A stretch of 64,000 nt of DNA from IMG/VR virus record IMGVR_UViG_3300046167_000870; one strand, given 5' to 3'. Below the pieces are notes generated by a model. The model was not told where the DNA came from. It was given only the letters and a program-made list of their open reading frames with translations, and did no database searches. Made by a program: the position numbers and the translations under genes. This document shows, one piece after another, positions 1-9,912 of the stretch. How positions within the stretch are numbered: position 1 is the stretch's first letter; every line of letters begins with the position of its first letter. Source of the stretch: a virus.

Positions 1-280
1 CAACCCTTTTCTCGCGTATACACGTATATATGGACAGTAACGCGTATGGGATATATTGGTATGTATGCGTACGGTATGCCGGCGGACGAGATATATAATA
101 TAATATTCAGTATGGACATAGGTATTCCCACCGTATGATTTATCACGGTGTAAGGTATAATTATTTATGTTGTAAGTATGTTGTAAGGTATAAGTAGTTC
201 TGTACCCGGTGCTGAATTATCTATTATTATCGTAGCACCTCCCCTAGCATTGGTATGTATTCCTTTATTTCATATATGTA

Positions 281-310
281 AATATACGACCCTTTATTAC
301 GGTAGCCAAA
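281..310 (-). promoter_or_regulatory. Class I phage promoter motif (minus strand TTTGGCTACC-N10-GTCGTATATT)
   Basis: Same bipartite motif with fixed 20-bp offset recurs >10 times; resembles Bacteroidota sigma-A TTTG-N19-21-TAnnTTTG. Confidence 0.65.
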
Positions 311-731
311 TGTTACCGCATGTTTCGTTATGAAATGTCATGAAATTTATTTGGATTTGCAATATCCTCATTGTCACATGCGGAACGTTGTTGTATCCTC
401 CTATGTTCACTGTGAAACGTTGTGAACACCTCAATGTTCGCAAGTATATACTCGTCGAGTCGAAAGTGGTTGGCTTGCGATGTCAAGGGGTTAACACCCA
501 CTTCAATTTATCTCATATAACACACGATCAACTTGTCATACATAAGCATATTTCTATATTTATCACTATTTATTTTTGGATATTGGGACAGACGTATATT
601 TAAAGATCCATACGTGCACATTTTGTTTAATTGTTGTCCATTTACTTGCGTTTTAACACGTTTGCTATCCGCATTTAATCGCGTTCTAGAACCAAGACAA
701 CGTCACTCATACCGAAATAATTCCAGCGCTA

Positions 732-1841
732 CTACAACGAGTTAATTAAATTTAACCATTCGTTTACACGAACATCCCACGTTTGTGTTTTAGCCCATTC
801 ATATGCTTTGTCCGTTTGTTTAACCCACTTACGTGCAAATGTTCTATCCGTCTTATCACGTGTTATCATCTTCCCTATCGTCGCTGGATTATCATTTATT
901 ATCATTCCCCTATCTCCACTAAACAGGTTCTTTAGATTACCTGTTCCATTTGTCATGCATTTTACTTTAGCCATCATCATCTCTAATCCCGTAATGCAAT
1001 ACGTCTCTAAATAATCACTTTGATATATCCAATACTCGGCTCTCAATTGTTCCTCCTTCAATAACCTAGGCGACAACGCTCCTAACCATCTTACTCCATC
1101 TTGGTCAATCAAGCCTTTATCCCAATCGCTAGCATAAGGTGGACAAGCAATATGTAATGTTAATTCTGGGTTATCACGCTTTAATTCACCCCAATTATCT
1201 AAGATATGTTTCAATCCACGATCCGGGCTACTAGACCAAACTATCCTACCTTTAATTCTATTTGCCTTTATATTATTCCAATCATCTAAATCAATTGCAT
1301 TGTCAATAGACTGTATATACGTAGTAGATTTTGGTGTTATGTAGTCGAGAGCTTTGAGTTTGGCCTTCATTATATTTGCATGTAACTCACTTACACACAC
1401 TAGTTTATCTATCCTATCAAACGCATATCTTATATCTCGAGTGTTCATTGGATTTCCTCTATACCAATTATACCAACCATCTTCATTGTGCAACCAAAAT
1501 ATTACTTTATCATATGTTATTTTCTTGCGTTTTAATTCTTTATAGTAATTAATATATTGTCCCGCTATAACAACATCATAATGATTGTAGCCTCTTAATA
1601 CACCTTCGTTTTCATAACTCATAGGTGATTGATGCTTTTTTAATTGCTCAAGTGGAATATAGTGTACTCCATCATTTATACCTTCTTCAACCTCACCACT
1701 AACAACTACATTATGTCCTTGTTTATATAGTGCTTCGGCTAATTTAATATAACAATATTCTGTTCCACCAATGCCTTTGTCCAACCAAACTTGCTTGCTT
1801 AATTTTGGATTATGATAACCTGTATAAATTAGTATCTTCAT
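732..1841 (-). CDS. GT-B (GT4-like) glycosyltransferase
   Basis: GIGGTE N-terminal motif, SSSPDRGL, ETYCITGLEMM (E-x7-E) motif. Confidence 0.85.
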   Translation of the reverse strand: MKILIYTGYHNPKLSKQVWLDKGIGGTEYCYIKLAEALYKQGHNVVVSGEVEEGINDGVHYIPLEQLKKHQSPMSYENEGVLRGYNHYDVVIAGQYINYYKELKRKKITYDKVIFWLHNEDGWYNWYRGNPMNTRDIRYAFDRIDKLVCVSELHANIMKAKLKALDYITPKSTTYIQSIDNAIDLDDWNNIKANRIKGRIVWSSSPDRGLKHILDNWGELKRDNPELTLHIACPPYASDWDKGLIDQDGVRWLGALSPRLLKEEQLRAEYWIYQSDYLETYCITGLEMMMAKVKCMTNGTGNLKNLFSGDRGMIINDNPATIGKMITRDKTDRTFARKWVKQTDKAYEWAKTQTWDVRVNEWLNLINSL

Positions 1842-2432
1842 TTATTCAATTGTGAATTCACCTTTATTTACTGCTATAGGTGTTTGTTGCCATAAATTAA
1901 CTGCTAAAGCATATCTAACACCATTTGTTACCTCTGTTACTCTATGTAATAGATCCCCTGCTTCAAACACAATTAACCTATTAAATTGAGCTGCAATACG
2001 TTCTGGTTCTTTATCTCTACCATTAGTATACACCTCTAAGAAACCACCATCAAATGAATGGTCTTTAGGGTAATATATTGTTCCCATTATTGGTTTTCTA
2101 ATTTCACCTCCATTTACTCCACCTGTTGCTTCCCAATGTGCTTCGTCTTTATCAAAATGCTGAATCAAACTAGTGTTAGGATGACCATCACCATAAACAC
2201 CTGTCCAATATTCTATTCCAACTAAATTTTGAATTGATTCATATCTAGGAAAATCATGTGGTGAATTATATCTCCACATTACTTCTATTATTTGTTTTTT
2301 AAGTGTGTCTGCAGGGCTATTCCACCAACCATCCCACCACATATAGTTTCCGTTTGGTCCAAAGAAATCTTTGTCTGCTTCTACTGCGTTAATTAACTCT
2401 TGGTCTTTAATAAAATCGTCTATTACTATCAT
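1842..2432 (-). CDS. 2OG-Fe(II) oxygenase (prolyl hydroxylase-like)
   Basis: HxD (HFD), GGFL, NRLIVF, H..V..G.RYALAVNLW motifs. Confidence 0.85.
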   Translation of the reverse strand: MIVIDDFIKDQELINAVEADKDFFGPNGNYMWWDGWWNSPADTLKKQIIEVMWRYNSPHDFPRYESIQNLVGIEYWTGVYGDGHPNTSLIQHFDKDEAHWEATGGVNGGEIRKPIMGTIYYPKDHSFDGGFLEVYTNGRDKEPERIAAQFNRLIVFEAGDLLHRVTEVTNGVRYALAVNLWQQTPIAVNKGEFTIE

Positions 2433-2438
2433 ATTTGT

Positions 2439-3908
2439 TTATTTATGGCTTCCGCCTTTAATGAAACTCACTACTACATATCTAGTACCTTTTGTTACTG
2501 GTCTAGCTCCGTGTTTATGAGTTATGTTTCCTGGATGCAAAGTACACATACCTATTTCTTTTGGGTTAGCTAAATATTTGTATTTAGGAAAGTAGGTACC
2601 TCCACCTTCAAATTCACCTGGATTTAAATTTACTAATGTTGTTATGTTACTATAATCATGATGAACACTTAAATGTGCTTGTGCATCATGAGGGTATTTA
2701 ATTATAAATGATTCATCTCTTAAATGATCCCAATCTTTACCATCTAATTGATATCTATCTATAGCATAAGGTCTAACATAATCATTAATTACCTTATTAT
2801 ATATTTTCTCCATTTTAAGCACTTCAAGTAAATTATCTGTTGTAGGATAAAATTCATGTCTATCAGTTGTCCAATCAAATTTTTCACTTAATGCAATCAA
2901 TTGCTTACAAAATAATTCTGTAAATAAAGGGAATAAATAAACATTAGGTGCTGGTTCATCTGAAATTAAATCATACTCACCATTTATTAATAATGGGTTA
3001 ACATATTTTTTAGACCATGCTTGCCAATCCTGTACATCATATAATTCCTCTCCATTAATAGTAGGTTTGTTATTACCCATTTCTTTCATTCGAGTTTCAG
3101 GCATTACTGATTTAAATGATTTAATATCAGTTACTTTTTTCCTTGATTCATCCATTATTTCAGGTGTTAACCATTCTGGTTGTTTATTACCTACTTTTGG
3201 TTTTAATTGAACTTCAGATAATGTTAATGATTCATCTGTTGTAGGTGCTTGATTAATATAATTATGTTTAAAAGCATATTGTTTAAATCCACTACCTCTA
3301 AATACAGACACAGCATCTTCTCTATCACTAGTACCATTTAATGCTGAGTAAAATTCATCTGATGCTATCATATTATTTAGTATAGGTGATTTAATTACCT
3401 CTTCCATACCTTTCCTTGATAAAATATAAGCATGAGTATTATATGAATAATGAGCATTTAATAAATGATCAGTACCACTAACCTCAGTTTCTAATTCAGG
3501 ACATTGAGCATTTCTAGCTAAATAAATCATACTCCAATCAACAGGTAACTCAGCAAACATTTCATCTGTTGGGAATGATTTAGTACCCTCAAAATCTTCC
3601 TCTAATATCATTACATTATTTAACCCTTGATTATAGGCATCTACAACACATTCATAATGAGATAACATACAACCAATTTCACCTGGTGTTATTTCCCTAT
3701 TATAAAAAGCCATATTTGATTCTATTTTCCACCAATTAGCAGGTTTAAAATCAAACATTGATTCTGCTTTACCTTTAACAATATCCCACCCATTAGCAGC
3801 ATTAAGTATAAAGCAATCCGTTGGTCTAATGTTTAAGTCTCTTAACTTTTGCCAAATTAATTCTTCATCTGTGTTAAGATTAATTACATAAATTTTATCA
3901 ATTTTCAT
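2439..3908 (-). CDS. Bifunctional GT25 glycosyltransferase + PLOD-like lysyl hydroxylase domain
   Basis: N-term YVINL, GEIGCMLSH, ILEED, THAYILSRKG (GT25); C-term HHDYS..NLN..FEGGGTYF..HPGNITHKHG..GTRYVVVSFI (procollagen lysyl hydroxylase-type). Confidence 0.85.
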   Translation of the reverse strand: MKIDKIYVINLNTDEELIWQKLRDLNIRPTDCFILNAANGWDIVKGKAESMFDFKPANWWKIESNMAFYNREITPGEIGCMLSHYECVVDAYNQGLNNVMILEEDFEGTKSFPTDEMFAELPVDWSMIYLARNAQCPELETEVSGTDHLLNAHYSYNTHAYILSRKGMEEVIKSPILNNMIASDEFYSALNGTSDREDAVSVFRGSGFKQYAFKHNYINQAPTTDESLTLSEVQLKPKVGNKQPEWLTPEIMDESRKKVTDIKSFKSVMPETRMKEMGNNKPTINGEELYDVQDWQAWSKKYVNPLLINGEYDLISDEPAPNVYLFPLFTELFCKQLIALSEKFDWTTDRHEFYPTTDNLLEVLKMEKIYNKVINDYVRPYAIDRYQLDGKDWDHLRDESFIIKYPHDAQAHLSVHHDYSNITTLVNLNPGEFEGGGTYFPKYKYLANPKEIGMCTLHPGNITHKHGARPVTKGTRYVVVSFIKGGSHK

Positions 3909-3913
3909 ATTTG

Positions 3914-4258
3914 TTATTTTAAGTCGTCTATTGTTATATCAAAATCACCTAAATCACTATTATCATAATACTTATTCCATAGTTTCTGATCGTCAACTAG
4001 GCATGTTTTACATATTCGTTTTCTACTAACTGTTACTAATAATTCATCATATATTAATAATTCAGCTTCAAATTTTTCTGGTATTTGAATTGAGTCCCAA
4101 CTTGCATTCTCACCCCATATTTTGTTTTTATTAATGTTATGTTCATTACAAAAATTTTCAATACGTTTTTCAAACCATTCTAATATTGGAGTGTCAGCAG
4201 CAAATACCTCAGGTAAAGTAGTTGGTTTATGACACCATGCACAAGTTTTCTTAGCCAT
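3914..4258 (-). CDS. Hypothetical protein, two CxxC motifs
   Basis: ORF tightly packed in operon; CAWC...CKTC. Confidence 0.65.
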   Translation of the reverse strand: MAKKTCAWCHKPTTLPEVFAADTPILEWFEKRIENFCNEHNINKNKIWGENASWDSIQIPEKFEAELLIYDELLVTVSRKRICKTCLVDDQKLWNKYYDNSDLGDFDITIDDLK

Positions 4259-4935
4259 TATCCTACTAAATTTTCATTACGTCCTGAAAAGTACCAATAA
4301 TTATTTTTAAATTCATGGTCTTCTCTTAATACCTCTATAAATTGATCACTTGCTCTTAAATTACCACTTACACTAATTCTATTCTGTCCTGAAGCATTTC
4401 TAGGTACAAAATGTAATATGTTAGAAGAAAACATATATAAACATCCTGACTTAATAGGCACTTCATGACAAACTCTACCTCCATTTATTGTAGCTATAAA
4501 ATTAATATCACCAGCATTTTTAGGTTGGTGTGGATAGTAAACCCAAGATAATTGATACCCTTGAGAATAATCTCCACCTCCACCACCTGCATGATCATGA
4601 ACCATTGTATAACCTAAGGGTGCAGTAAAATGACCCCATATTTCCTCTAATGTAAATGTATTTTCACCAAAATTATTATCAGTTATTTTTTTAATTTCAG
4701 TAATAAATTTTTGTTTAGTTGATAATGGTATAGGGCAATCTTCATAAAATGTATGTTGTATATCTACATCTTCAAGTCCACGAAGCGGTCTAGATTTAAT
4801 ATCTAATTCCTCATCTGACATTCTTTTACCCTCATTTAAATAGATATCTGTTATTTGATCTACTAATGCTTTGTTATCAATGTTATCCAGTTTGAACTCT
4901 GCGTAAAATACTCCGTTAATTAGTTGTAAACTCAT
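4258..4935 (-). CDS. Putative 2OG-Fe(II) oxygenase (TIGR02466-like)
   Basis: HDH, LSWVYY, GCLYMFSSNILHFV, RISVSGN. Confidence 0.8.
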   Translation of the reverse strand: MSLQLINGVFYAEFKLDNIDNKALVDQITDIYLNEGKRMSDEELDIKSRPLRGLEDVDIQHTFYEDCPIPLSTKQKFITEIKKITDNNFGENTFTLEEIWGHFTAPLGYTMVHDHAGGGGGDYSQGYQLSWVYYPHQPKNAGDINFIATINGGRVCHEVPIKSGCLYMFSSNILHFVPRNASGQNRISVSGNLRASDQFIEVLREDHEFKNNYWYFSGRNENLVG

Positions 4936-5144
4936 TGTTCTATTATTGCGTCTTCTATTGTTCTACAGATTAATATTCTGTTATTTTGTTTTACTACTCG
5001 ATCCCCACCTAAATACTCAACCCATAATCCTATTAACTTTTGATTCATTTGGTTACTACCATCTGTTACAAAATATTGAGGGTTAAAATCTCTAATTACT
5101 TGTAATAGTACATTATCAATTTTAACTAAGTTATAGTAATTCAT
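4932..5144 (-). CDS. Hypothetical protein
   Basis: Packed ORF; likely start MNYYNL. Confidence 0.6.
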   Translation of the reverse strand: MNYYNLVKIDNVLLQVIRDFNPQYFVTDGSNQMNQKLIGLWVEYLGGDRVVKQNNRILICRTIEDAIIEQ

Positions 5145-5364
5145 TATCTTCAACAATTAACACACCTGTATTATGTGCTGGAATATAATAAGAAAATTTA
5201 TGGATATCAAGTACTTCAGCAATTATTTTATTTTGAAGTTCAGGTGATTTTCCTGTTATAATCTCTATTGAACCATATTTACATAACTGGTTTAATATTA
5301 AATTGTGTTCTACTTTCAATATGGCTTTTTTATGTGTTAAGCCATGTAAATCAATTTTAAGCAT
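5131..5364 (-). CDS. Stand-alone minimal Smr-domain protein
   Basis: IDLHGL...IITGKS...NTG Smr signature. Confidence 0.75.
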   Translation of the reverse strand: MLKIDLHGLTHKKAILKVEHNLILNQLCKYGSIEIITGKSPELQNKIIAEVLDIHKFSYYIPAHNTGVLIVEDNELL

Positions 5365-5450
5365 CTTGTAACTTTTGTTGTAACTTTTGTAATTTTAATT
5401 TATCCTTAACTGATAAAGGATGTTGTAATTTTAATCTAATAATTTCTTTT

Positions 5451-6194
5451 TTAATTTCTTGAGTAGTCATCTTCTATTCTAATTATATCGTCCTCACCAA
5501 AGTAAGAACCGGTTTGTACTTCAATAAATACTACTGGGGTGTCAGTTTCATTCCAAGCTCTATGTCTATCACCTTGAGGAATTCTAACTGATTGCCCTTT
5601 GCCTCTAAATATTTTATTATCTTCTAAAATAATAGTAAGCATACCACTTACAACTGTCCATACTTCACTACGTTTCATATGGTATTGATATGATAATCTT
5701 TCACCTGGGTTAACAGTAATTCGTTTTACTTTTACATCATGTGTACTAAGTAATACTTCATATTTACCCCAAGGTCGTTCATCTACTTCATCTAGACTGT
5801 TAGCTATTAACGCTTTATATTTAGTAGTTGACCAACCATGACTTCGATTTAAATAATGAATTGGTATTTTTAAATCATCACCTGTGAATGGTTTATCAAT
5901 ATAATCATCACCTAAAAATCTAATATCAAATTCACCCATTTTAAGTAAATCATATAATGATTCTTCATATGTGTATCTAATTACATCATCAACGTATCTA
6001 ATACTTAATAATAATTCTTTACGTTCATCTGTTGATAGTATAGGTTTTAACTTATGAGGTCGTTCAATTGAAGGATCAGTATGAAGCAATACAACAAGGC
6101 AATCACATTTACCTTTTGCTTCTTTTAGCATTTCAACATAACCTGGGTGGTATGTATCAAAATTGCCTGCTATAACTCCTTTTATCATAAACAA
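5451..6194 (-). CDS. Cytidylyltransferase (TagD-like) fused to mannose-6-P isomerase-type cupin
   Basis: GNFDTYHPGY, GDDY, WSTT; C-term ERPWGKY..VKRITV.PG.RLSYQYH..RSEVW..EVQTGSYFGEDDIIRIEDDY. Confidence 0.85.
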   Translation of the reverse strand: MFMIKGVIAGNFDTYHPGYVEMLKEAKGKCDCLVVLLHTDPSIERPHKLKPILSTDERKELLLSIRYVDDVIRYTYEESLYDLLKMGEFDIRFLGDDYIDKPFTGDDLKIPIHYLNRSHGWSTTKYKALIANSLDEVDERPWGKYEVLLSTHDVKVKRITVNPGERLSYQYHMKRSEVWTVVSGMLTIILEDNKIFRGKGQSVRIPQGDRHRAWNETDTPVVFIEVQTGSYFGEDDIIRIEDDYSRN

Positions 6195-6315
6195 TTGTTT
6201 TTATACATAAATATATCATCAATTATGTAGTCTATCTTTTTCATTGCCTGCGGTAAGTTAACGTCACTTACGTCTTTTCTTACATCTTTTAATCGCTCAA
6301 TAATTTCTTCTCCGC

Positions 6316-6603
6316 TCATAAGTTACTAAAAAAGTGTATTGTCCAAGCTATTAAACCATTTAATTGTAATATAACTAGGTTCCATTGTCTACGAGTTGTT
6401 ACTTGAACTAATACACAACAAAATCCCATTATAAATAGTACTGGTTCAACTGTCCATTGACCAGCCATTAAAAAACCAGCACCCATATAACCTAACCTAG
6501 TAGCTAATCTTTCTATTGGGTTTAATCTTTTATCTCTAACCATAGCCCTTAATAGTGGTCTATACTTAGCTTTTACTGTTCTGAGGAATGGTTTCTCTTT
6601 CAT
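6316..6603 (-). CDS. Small membrane protein
   Basis: Three hydrophobic segments; likely start MKEKPF. Confidence 0.6.
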   Translation of the reverse strand: MKEKPFLRTVKAKYRPLLRAMVRDKRLNPIERLATRLGYMGAGFLMAGQWTVEPVLFIMGFCCVLVQVTTRRQWNLVILQLNGLIAWTIHFFSNL

Positions 6604-6968
6604 TATACTGTTTTTACTTTCCAAAATACCTGTATGCAAATTAGTGCTAATGCTAATATTAGACTAGTTAGTGTTTTTGTATTAATACCTTCACTAAAAT
6701 AATGATTAACCATTACAGCATAAATTACCATACCAACACCAAAACCAATAAAACGAGCAGGCCATAATAAACCACCCATTCCATTTACAGCATATTTAGT
6801 TCCCCAAATGTAAAAGAATGATAATATAATACCAAAAGCTGCTACTATTATTTCGTTTTTTCTAAACCAATCCGTTTTAAGAAACTGACCATTTAATTGA
6901 TAGAATGTTATAACGTGAGCAATCAAGAACATAAAAACACCTATAAGTAGATCTTTAATTACTATCAT
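6603..6968 (-). CDS. Four-TM membrane protein (SMR/DMT-like size)
   Basis: Four hydrophobic helices in 121 aa. Confidence 0.65.
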   Translation of the reverse strand: MIVIKDLLIGVFMFLIAHVITFYQLNGQFLKTDWFRKNEIIVAAFGIILSFFYIWGTKYAVNGMGGLLWPARFIGFGVGMVIYAVMVNHYFSEGINTKTLTSLILALALICIQVFWKVKTV

Positions 6969-7165
6969 GAGTTATTATATATTTCTTTATCGTGTTCTCC
7001 ATAACCATAATCATACATCACAGTTAAAAATAGAAATCTACATACTATACTGTTCCATGGGGTGTTTTCTTCCCAATCAAAAAAATCGATGCTAAATCCT
7101 AAACAAATACCTTCGTGAGGCCATTTAAAATTTAATTTTACTCCAAACCATTTACTTTCACTCAT
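6965..7165 (-). CDS. Hypothetical protein
   Basis: Packed minus-strand ORF. Confidence 0.55.
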   Translation of the reverse strand: MSESKWFGVKLNFKWPHEGICLGFSIDFFDWEENTPWNSIVCRFLFLTVMYDYGYGEHDKEIYNNS

Positions 7166-7167
7166 AA

Positions 7168-7395
7168 TTATAACATTAATTTATTATTTTCTAAATACAT
7201 CCAAAATCTCTCTAACCATAGCTCAACCCTAACATCTTCAATTAAATCTTTAGCTCCATATCCGTTTTCACGTTTAGCAGCTACATATCCAATTCCCATG
7301 TCACAGTAATCTCTCGCTTTATCTGGCTGATTGATGCTCATCATTTCCTTTGCTTTTGCCAAGCAATGATGCAAAACCTGTTTTTTTACCTTCAT
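7168..7395 (-). CDS. Hypothetical protein
   Basis: Packed minus-strand ORF. Confidence 0.6.
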   Translation of the reverse strand: MKVKKQVLHHCLAKAKEMMSINQPDKARDYCDMGIGYVAAKRENGYGAKDLIEDVRVELWLERFWMYLENNKLML

Positions 7396-7532
7396 TTATT
7401 TAATTATTACAAATAGCAGCAATTACTATTGTTAGTATTAATCCAATTACACTTATAAAAGCAGCTATAGAATTGTTTTTATATTGTCTTTTAGATCTCC
7501 CTTGTCTCTTTTCTAAATCTTCCAAATCCATA

Positions 7533-7889
7533 TTAAGAATAATTACCAGCGTTATACAAATCTCTATCAATCAGATTTTGCTGTGCTTCATTCCAATATT
7601 GTTGTGCTTGTTGAAATTTTTCACTGTCAATATCTCTTGTTTGATTTTGAATACCATCCATTAGACCATTAAAATTAAGGATCTGTTCTAGCATAGTATC
7701 AGGATCTGTGTTTGTGTTATTCTTCAGCCAAGTTTCTAAGTATCTGAAATCTTGTTTGATTTTGCTTTGATTAGCAAATCTAAGGAAGTCATGAGCAAAT
7801 TCATTGTATGTGCCCTTTCTGTTTTGGTACTCAATGTACCTGTTCGCTTGCTTGATAATTATATCAATTTCTTCGTGAATTAAAACCAT
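7533..7889 (-). CDS. Hypothetical protein
   Basis: ORF downstream of class I promoter at 7924-7953. Confidence 0.65.
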   Translation of the reverse strand: MVLIHEEIDIIIKQANRYIEYQNRKGTYNEFAHDFLRFANQSKIKQDFRYLETWLKNNTNTDPDTMLEQILNFNGLMDGIQNQTRDIDSEKFQQAQQYWNEAQQNLIDRDLYNAGNYS

Positions 7890-7923
7890 AGTTTTTTATT
7901 TACTTTATTTGTTTATATACCGT

Positions 7924-7972
7924 AATATACGAAGAAAAAACGCGGTAACCAAATGATTCCGCGTTTTTCTTC
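7924..7972 (-). promoter_or_regulatory. Class I promoter overlapping an inverted repeat / likely terminator of the upstream gene
   Basis: aatatacga + ggtaaccaaa at +20; arms gaagaaaaaacgcgg / ccgcgtttttcttc. Confidence 0.7.
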
Positions 7973-7989
7973 AAATGTGTGCCTGGTTA

Positions 7990-8913
7990 TTATTTGAATC
8001 TGTTGAAATGTTCTTTCAGGTCTTCGTCAATGTAATCGTAATTTACTGATCTAAAGTTTTCAAATTCATCTTCGATTTCACTATTGTCCATCCCTTTAAT
8101 ATCATCAAAATGTGTTTTAACAAAATCAACAACAATATCCATTGGAATATCTTTTAATATTCTGTCTTTAATCATTTTAGCTGCTGCATCCATCAATTTC
8201 TTTTTATCATCTTCTTTGATTTCTTCAGCATAATCTTTTACATCACCATTTTCCTCCATTGGGATACTATTTAATCTATCACCCATAGCTTGGTAACCAT
8301 CTATTTCTTTATGCATTTCATTATTCAAATGGTTGATTACATCTTCAGCATAAAATGGATCTTCTTCAATTAAGTCTTGCCATAAATCCATAAATGTATC
8401 TAAAAATTTTCTTTTTAATGGTATACTAAGCATACCTTCAATACGTTCAGCTACGTCTCTATCGACTCTTGCTTCTTTCATATCACGTGCTGCTTTTTTA
8501 TACTTAGATGCATCACTACCATCAGTGTCAGGTTTTTCATTACCTTTTCTGTCTATATTATATACTTCTTCTAGACTAGGTACTTTGTTTTCTTTATACA
8601 TTGGTTTTGTTGTTTGTGTTATTTGGTCCATTTCGTCTCCACTTTCTTTACTTTGAGCGGCAACTGAGCTATCATATCCTTTACCTTTAGCATCTGGACT
8701 AGCAACTTTATCAATATTATCTACATTGTCTTCATTATCACCATCTTTACTAAGTAGGTCTTCTTTCATACCTTTTTCTTTAGCTAGTAATGCTTGAATA
8801 GCTTTAATTTTATCCCTTTCAGGATGTTTTTCTAAACGATCCTTTTCTTGGGCATTAGCGAATTCTTCATCACTCATACCTTCTAATAAATCTTGTAAAT
8901 TATATTTGCTCAT
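7990..8913 (-). CDS. Acidic protein, candidate internal head protein
   Basis: Very D/E-rich; repeated (L/M/I)-x-E motifs; likely start MSKYNL. Confidence 0.65.
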   Translation of the reverse strand: MSKYNLQDLLEGMSDEEFANAQEKDRLEKHPERDKIKAIQALLAKEKGMKEDLLSKDGDNEDNVDNIDKVASPDAKGKGYDSSVAAQSKESGDEMDQITQTTKPMYKENKVPSLEEVYNIDRKGNEKPDTDGSDASKYKKAARDMKEARVDRDVAERIEGMLSIPLKRKFLDTFMDLWQDLIEEDPFYAEDVINHLNNEMHKEIDGYQAMGDRLNSIPMEENGDVKDYAEEIKEDDKKKLMDAAAKMIKDRILKDIPMDIVVDFVKTHFDDIKGMDNSEIEDEFENFRSVNYDYIDEDLKEHFNRFK

Positions 8914-8914
8914 A

Positions 8915-9211
8915 TTATTTTTTCTTACGACCTTGTCTTTTTTTACCTTTAACAGCTGAACCAACATCTCCCATTTGGTTACCTAATTCTTTAGCTGCTT
9001 CAACAACGTCTTTTAATTCGTTTTTAACGTTTTTAGCTCTACGCTTTACTTCTTTAGCTGCGTCTTTAACATCTTCTACTGCATCTTCAACTTCATCGGG
9101 AATGAAATCTCCATCCCTATCGTTGATTTTACCTTTTTTGTAAAACCCGAAGTAATAAACTGCTGCTCCGATTACTAAAACTACTACTACTAAACCTATA
9201 ATTTTTAACAT
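8915..9211 (-). CDS. Membrane-anchored small protein with DxDGDxxPD Ca-binding-like motif
   Basis: N-terminal TM, DRDGDFIPDEVED, amphipathic helix, basic tail. Confidence 0.65.
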   Translation of the reverse strand: MLKIIGLVVVVLVIGAAVYYFGFYKKGKINDRDGDFIPDEVEDAVEDVKDAAKEVKRRAKNVKNELKDVVEAAKELGNQMGDVGSAVKGKKRQGRKKK

Positions 9212-9254
9212 ATCTACTTTATTTGGTTAATATTTTATTATAAATATATAAAGC

Positions 9255-9638
9255 CTAAGCTAAATTATATTTTTGCTTATACTTATTAATAAATGATTTT
9301 CCAACACCTACTTCTAACCACTCAGCAATAGCAGGTATACCTGGTATCTTTTTAGATCCTAAAACATAATCAATATTTTTATTAATTACTTTCATTTTTG
9401 TTTTAGCATTTGAACGGTTTGATGTTTTAAATACTACAACCACAGGATTATTACCATACATTCGTTGATCGATTTTTGGTTTTGCACTACGACCTGGTTC
9501 AAATTTATTTACTACTTTATAACAGCCATTAGGTGATTTTGATCTATCAAAATACCATGTTTGATCTTCTGTTTCTAATTCCCACTTATCTAATGCTACA
9601 GCAGGTTGTTCGCTTGGTCTACCTCGTCTTTCTACCAT
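9255..9638 (-). CDS. Hypothetical protein with AT-hook-like RRGRP
   Basis: Likely start MVERRGRP. Confidence 0.6.
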   Translation of the reverse strand: MVERRGRPSEQPAVALDKWELETEDQTWYFDRSKSPNGCYKVVNKFEPGRSAKPKIDQRMYGNNPVVVVFKTSNRSNAKTKMKVINKNIDYVLGSKKIPGIPAIAEWLEVGVGKSFINKYKQKYNLA

Positions 9639-9912
9639 TGTATTTACCTCTTTTAGTTTTATATTCATTAATTGGCATGCTTGTTGTGGAATGTGTTCCA
9701 CTATTAGCCTGTTTTTCTGCCATTATTTGTCTAAAAATGGGACTTTCCCATTCACAACCTTTATATTTACGTTTCATATTACCAGGGTCTACATTTATTT
9801 AAAGGCACTTGACATAATGTACCTTTATTTTTAATTAATGGATTTCCATTTTTAGTAAATCCAAATACTACTTTAACAGTATCTTCATATACTTTAATTC
9901 TACTACCTACCT

